From assembly GCA_000004985.1 (NCBI GenBank), contig GG739523.1: a stretch of 1,161 nucleotides of DNA. One strand, 5' to 3'. Positions 1 through 1,161 of the stretch are shown one piece after another. How positions within the stretch are numbered: position 1 is the stretch's first letter; every line of letters begins with the position of its first letter. This DNA comes from Naegleria gruberi. Lineage: Eukaryota. The notes under the pieces are model-generated. The model had not been told where the DNA came from, did no database searches, and saw only the letters and a list, made by a program, of their open reading frames with translations. Position numbers and translations under genes: made by a program.

Positions 1-516
1 TGCTCTCAGTTTTCCAAACTCACCTTCAGCAAGAAACTGGGCCAAGATGATTCTTTTTTCTTAAAAACAATTCAAATTCCAAAACTATAGATACTAGAAT
101 CTCACGCAACCTAAAATCAAATTCTAGAGATCAACTAGAACGATTTGATGTATTGTGTGTACTTCTACCTGGTCTCAATTTTATGTAGTAGTGCACAGCT
201 TTAATAACATGAACAAAATCCAGCCAAAAATTGCTTGCCAAAAAATCACAAAATATTTTATTGATAAATAAGTGAATAAATCTTGCAAAACACCTCAAAA
301 TCAATTTTCTCATTAAAAACAAATCGAAAAGATGAATAAAAAAGAGAGTATCATGAGATGGTCCATTGAGTTTTATTTGTCATTTTTTGTGTTCTTCCAC
401 AAAGTAAAAGACCTGATATTTGCAAAATATGTTTTTTATTGGACTTGTAAATTTTTTTTTGTGGCTTTTGAGAACAACAAAATACTGAACATACCCCCCA
501 CCTGATAATATCAATC

Positions 517-527
517 TCCAATTTCGA
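517..527 (+). repeat. Copy 1 of the short direct-repeat motif TCCAATTTC(G/A)A
   Basis: tccaatttcga at 517-527. The same 9-mer TCCAATTTC recurs at 625-633, and the variant TTCAATTTCAA at 754-764. Confidence 0.35.
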
Positions 528-624
528 ATAGTAGATGTGGGTGCTGAACAAGAGGAATTAATAGGATGATGAATCTTAAACATGTTATTCATACCTTAAT
601 ATTGTATCACCCTTCTCGTTAGAT

Positions 625-635
625 TCCAATTTCAA
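625..635 (+). repeat. Copy 2 of the short direct-repeat motif TCCAATTTC(G/A)A
   Basis: tccaatttcaa at 625-635, which shares an identical 9-mer with 517-525. Confidence 0.35.
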
Positions 636-753
636 TTAGATACCTTCCTCTCAACCAATTGAAACATTAAGAGCCAATTGTTGTTATCTTTTTTACTTCT
701 AATTGGAAAAAAAAACTGCGCGCTAAGTTTTTAGAAAGTGCGCTCTTCAAAAA

Positions 754-764
754 TTCAATTTCAA
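754..764 (+). repeat. Copy 3 (variant) of the TCCAATTTCAA motif, immediately upstream of the start codon
   Basis: ttcaatttcaa at 754-764. It shows 10/11 identity to copy 2 and overlaps the AAAAATTCA element. Confidence 0.3.
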
Positions 765-776
765 CCTCATAAAAAA

Positions 777-1161
777 ATGTCTCGATCATTCCACTATGAT
801 GATGCACTCTCTAATGGCTCGGATAACAATTTGAGGGATATCGAGTTGGCAGATGATAGTAAATATGTACTTCCTAAAAAAACAAAATGGTCTCGGAATA
901 AAAAGATTTGTGTGGGTAGTTTGCTAGGCTGTGGATTGTGTTGTTTAATTACATGTATTGTAATTGCTATTGCTATTGCAATTTATTTAGGAAGAAAGAA
1001 TGTAAATATTTATCCTACTCCTGAATATACAGCATCAGATGATTTTTTACGTTTTCTTGTTGTTGGAGATATGGGACGTGCAGATGATGGTCAAAAGGCT
1101 GTTGCTGCCAGTATGGGAAAGTTCTGTAAAACACAAAAATGTCATTTTGTAATTGGTATTG
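777..1161 (+). CDS. Partial CDS (5' complete, 3' truncated by the window end) for a membrane-anchored purple acid phosphatase / tartrate-resistant acid phosphatase (ACP5)-like metallophosphoesterase
   Basis: ATG at 777 in an A-rich context (cataaaaaaATGtct). An in-frame TAG lies at 732-734 with no ATG between it and 777. No ATG occurs on the + strand between 584 and 777. The frame stays open for 128 codons to the window end with a coding-like composition of about 35% GC, against about 28% upstream. Translation contains FLRFLVVGDMGRADDG (a GDxG metal-binding motif I without His, as in purple acid phosphatases). About 25 residues later it reaches HFVIGIG at the window edge, where motif II (GDNxY) is expected. 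Spacing and hydrophobic pattern match human ACP5 LRFVAVGDWGG...ADFILSLGDNFY from memory. The ORF track missed this because it runs off the window. Confidence 0.8.
   Translation, partial: MSRSFHYDDALSNGSDNNLRDIELADDSKYVLPKKTKWSRNKKICVGSLLGCGLCCLITCIVIAIAIAIYLGRKNVNIYPTPEYTASDDFLRFLVVGDMGRADDGQKAVAASMGKFCKTQKCHFVIGI
906..992 (+). other. Predicted single transmembrane / signal-anchor segment within the CDS (ICVGSLLGCGLCCLITCIVIAIAIAIYLG), with type II (N-in) topology predicted
   Basis: A 28-residue uninterrupted hydrophobic stretch with 5 Cys, translated from 906..992. It is preceded by the basic cluster KKTKWSRNKK (6 positive charges) and followed by only GRKN, so the positive-inside rule puts the N-terminus in the cytosol. 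There is no cleavable-signal-like small-residue motif right after it. The catalytic domain starts about 20 residues downstream. Confidence 0.65.
1053..1076 (+). other. Metallophosphoesterase motif I (FLVVGDMG) coding segment
   Basis: Beta-strand-like hydrophobic run followed by GDxG. Purple acid phosphatases use GDxG rather than the GDxHG of PPP phosphatases. Reading-frame positions were verified codon by codon. Confidence 0.7.

Larger units (their letters stand above)
500..776 (+). promoter_or_regulatory. Putative promoter / 5' flanking region and short 5' UTR of the downstream phosphatase gene
   Basis: Non-coding, AT-rich and free of ATGs from 585 to 776. It contains CCAAT at 518, 626, 655 and 674, and ATTGG at 702 (CCAAT on the other strand). 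It also has an A9 tract at 707-715, GCGC islands at 716-745 and AAAAATTCA at 749-757, about 20 nt before the ATG. Its function is inferred from position only. Confidence 0.4.

Noticed and set aside
131-322. Minus-strand 63-aa ORF from the track (MFLMRKLILRCFARF...)
   Set aside because: It lies in about 28% GC non-coding-like sequence. The translation is dominated by F/I/L/K/N, as expected from AT-rich DNA. It has no recognisable motif, no coding-like compositional shift and no plausible start context. It is most likely a chance ORF.
275-340. AATAAA hexamers at 275-280 and 335-340 as polyadenylation signals for a putative upstream + strand gene ending at 90
   Set aside because: AATAAA is expected by chance many times in 70% AT sequence. 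These are 185-250 nt past the putative stop and have no obvious GT/T-rich downstream element. They are not assignable without transcript data.
452-499. Homopolymer tracts (T9 at 452-460, C6+ at 494-502, ccccccacc) as possible regulatory or structural elements
   Set aside because: Short homopolymers are common in AT-rich eukaryotic intergenic DNA. The C-run is too short for an i-motif or G-quadruplex partner, and nothing else supports a function.
566-584. Upstream ATGs (566, 569, 582) as alternative starts or uORFs for the phosphatase gene
   Set aside because: They are about 195 nt or more upstream and none is in frame with a continuous ORF into 777. The in-frame TAG at 732-734 closes the main frame, and the 5' UTR extent is unknown. 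There is no basis to call uORFs.
351-592. Two overlapping minus-strand ORFs in different frames (351..551, 66 aa; 380..592, 70 aa)
   Set aside because: They overlap almost completely in different frames, so at most one could be real. Both are low-complexity with no domain-like features. They include homopolymer tracts (T9 at 452-460, C6 at 494-499) that generate poly-K/poly-G codons, typical of spurious ORFs in AT-rich flank.

Overview
AT-rich, eukaryote-like window of about 30% GC overall. The main feature is a 5'-complete, 3'-truncated CDS on the + strand (777..1161, running off the window end). The supplied ORF track missed it because it has no stop codon in the window. Translated by hand it reads MSRSFHYDDALSNGSDNNLRDIELADDSKYVLPKKTKWSRNKKICVGSLLGCGLCCLITCIVIAIAIAIYLGRKNVNIYPTPEYTASDDFLRFLVVGDMGRADDGQKAVAASMGKFCKTQKCHFVIGI... 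That gives a roughly 43-aa basic/acidic N-terminal tail, one Cys-rich hydrophobic segment (signal anchor, type II topology predicted), and then the first metallophosphoesterase motif (FLVVGDMG ... HFVIGIG). This aligns well with the N-terminus of mature tartrate-resistant / purple acid phosphatases (ACP5-like: LRFVAVGDWGG ... ADFILSLGDNFY). Positions 1..776 are non-coding 5' flank. They hold a dense cluster of CCAAT/CAATTG boxes, a thrice-repeated TCCAATTTC-type motif, two short GCGC islands and an A9 tract just upstream of the ATG. The three minus-strand ORFs in the track (131..322, 351..551, 380..592) look like spurious AT-rich ORFs. The first ~60 nt are more GC-rich and carry splice-site-like signals on both strands, which may be the edge of a neighbouring gene. 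No RNA genes, CRISPR arrays or obvious mobile elements were seen.
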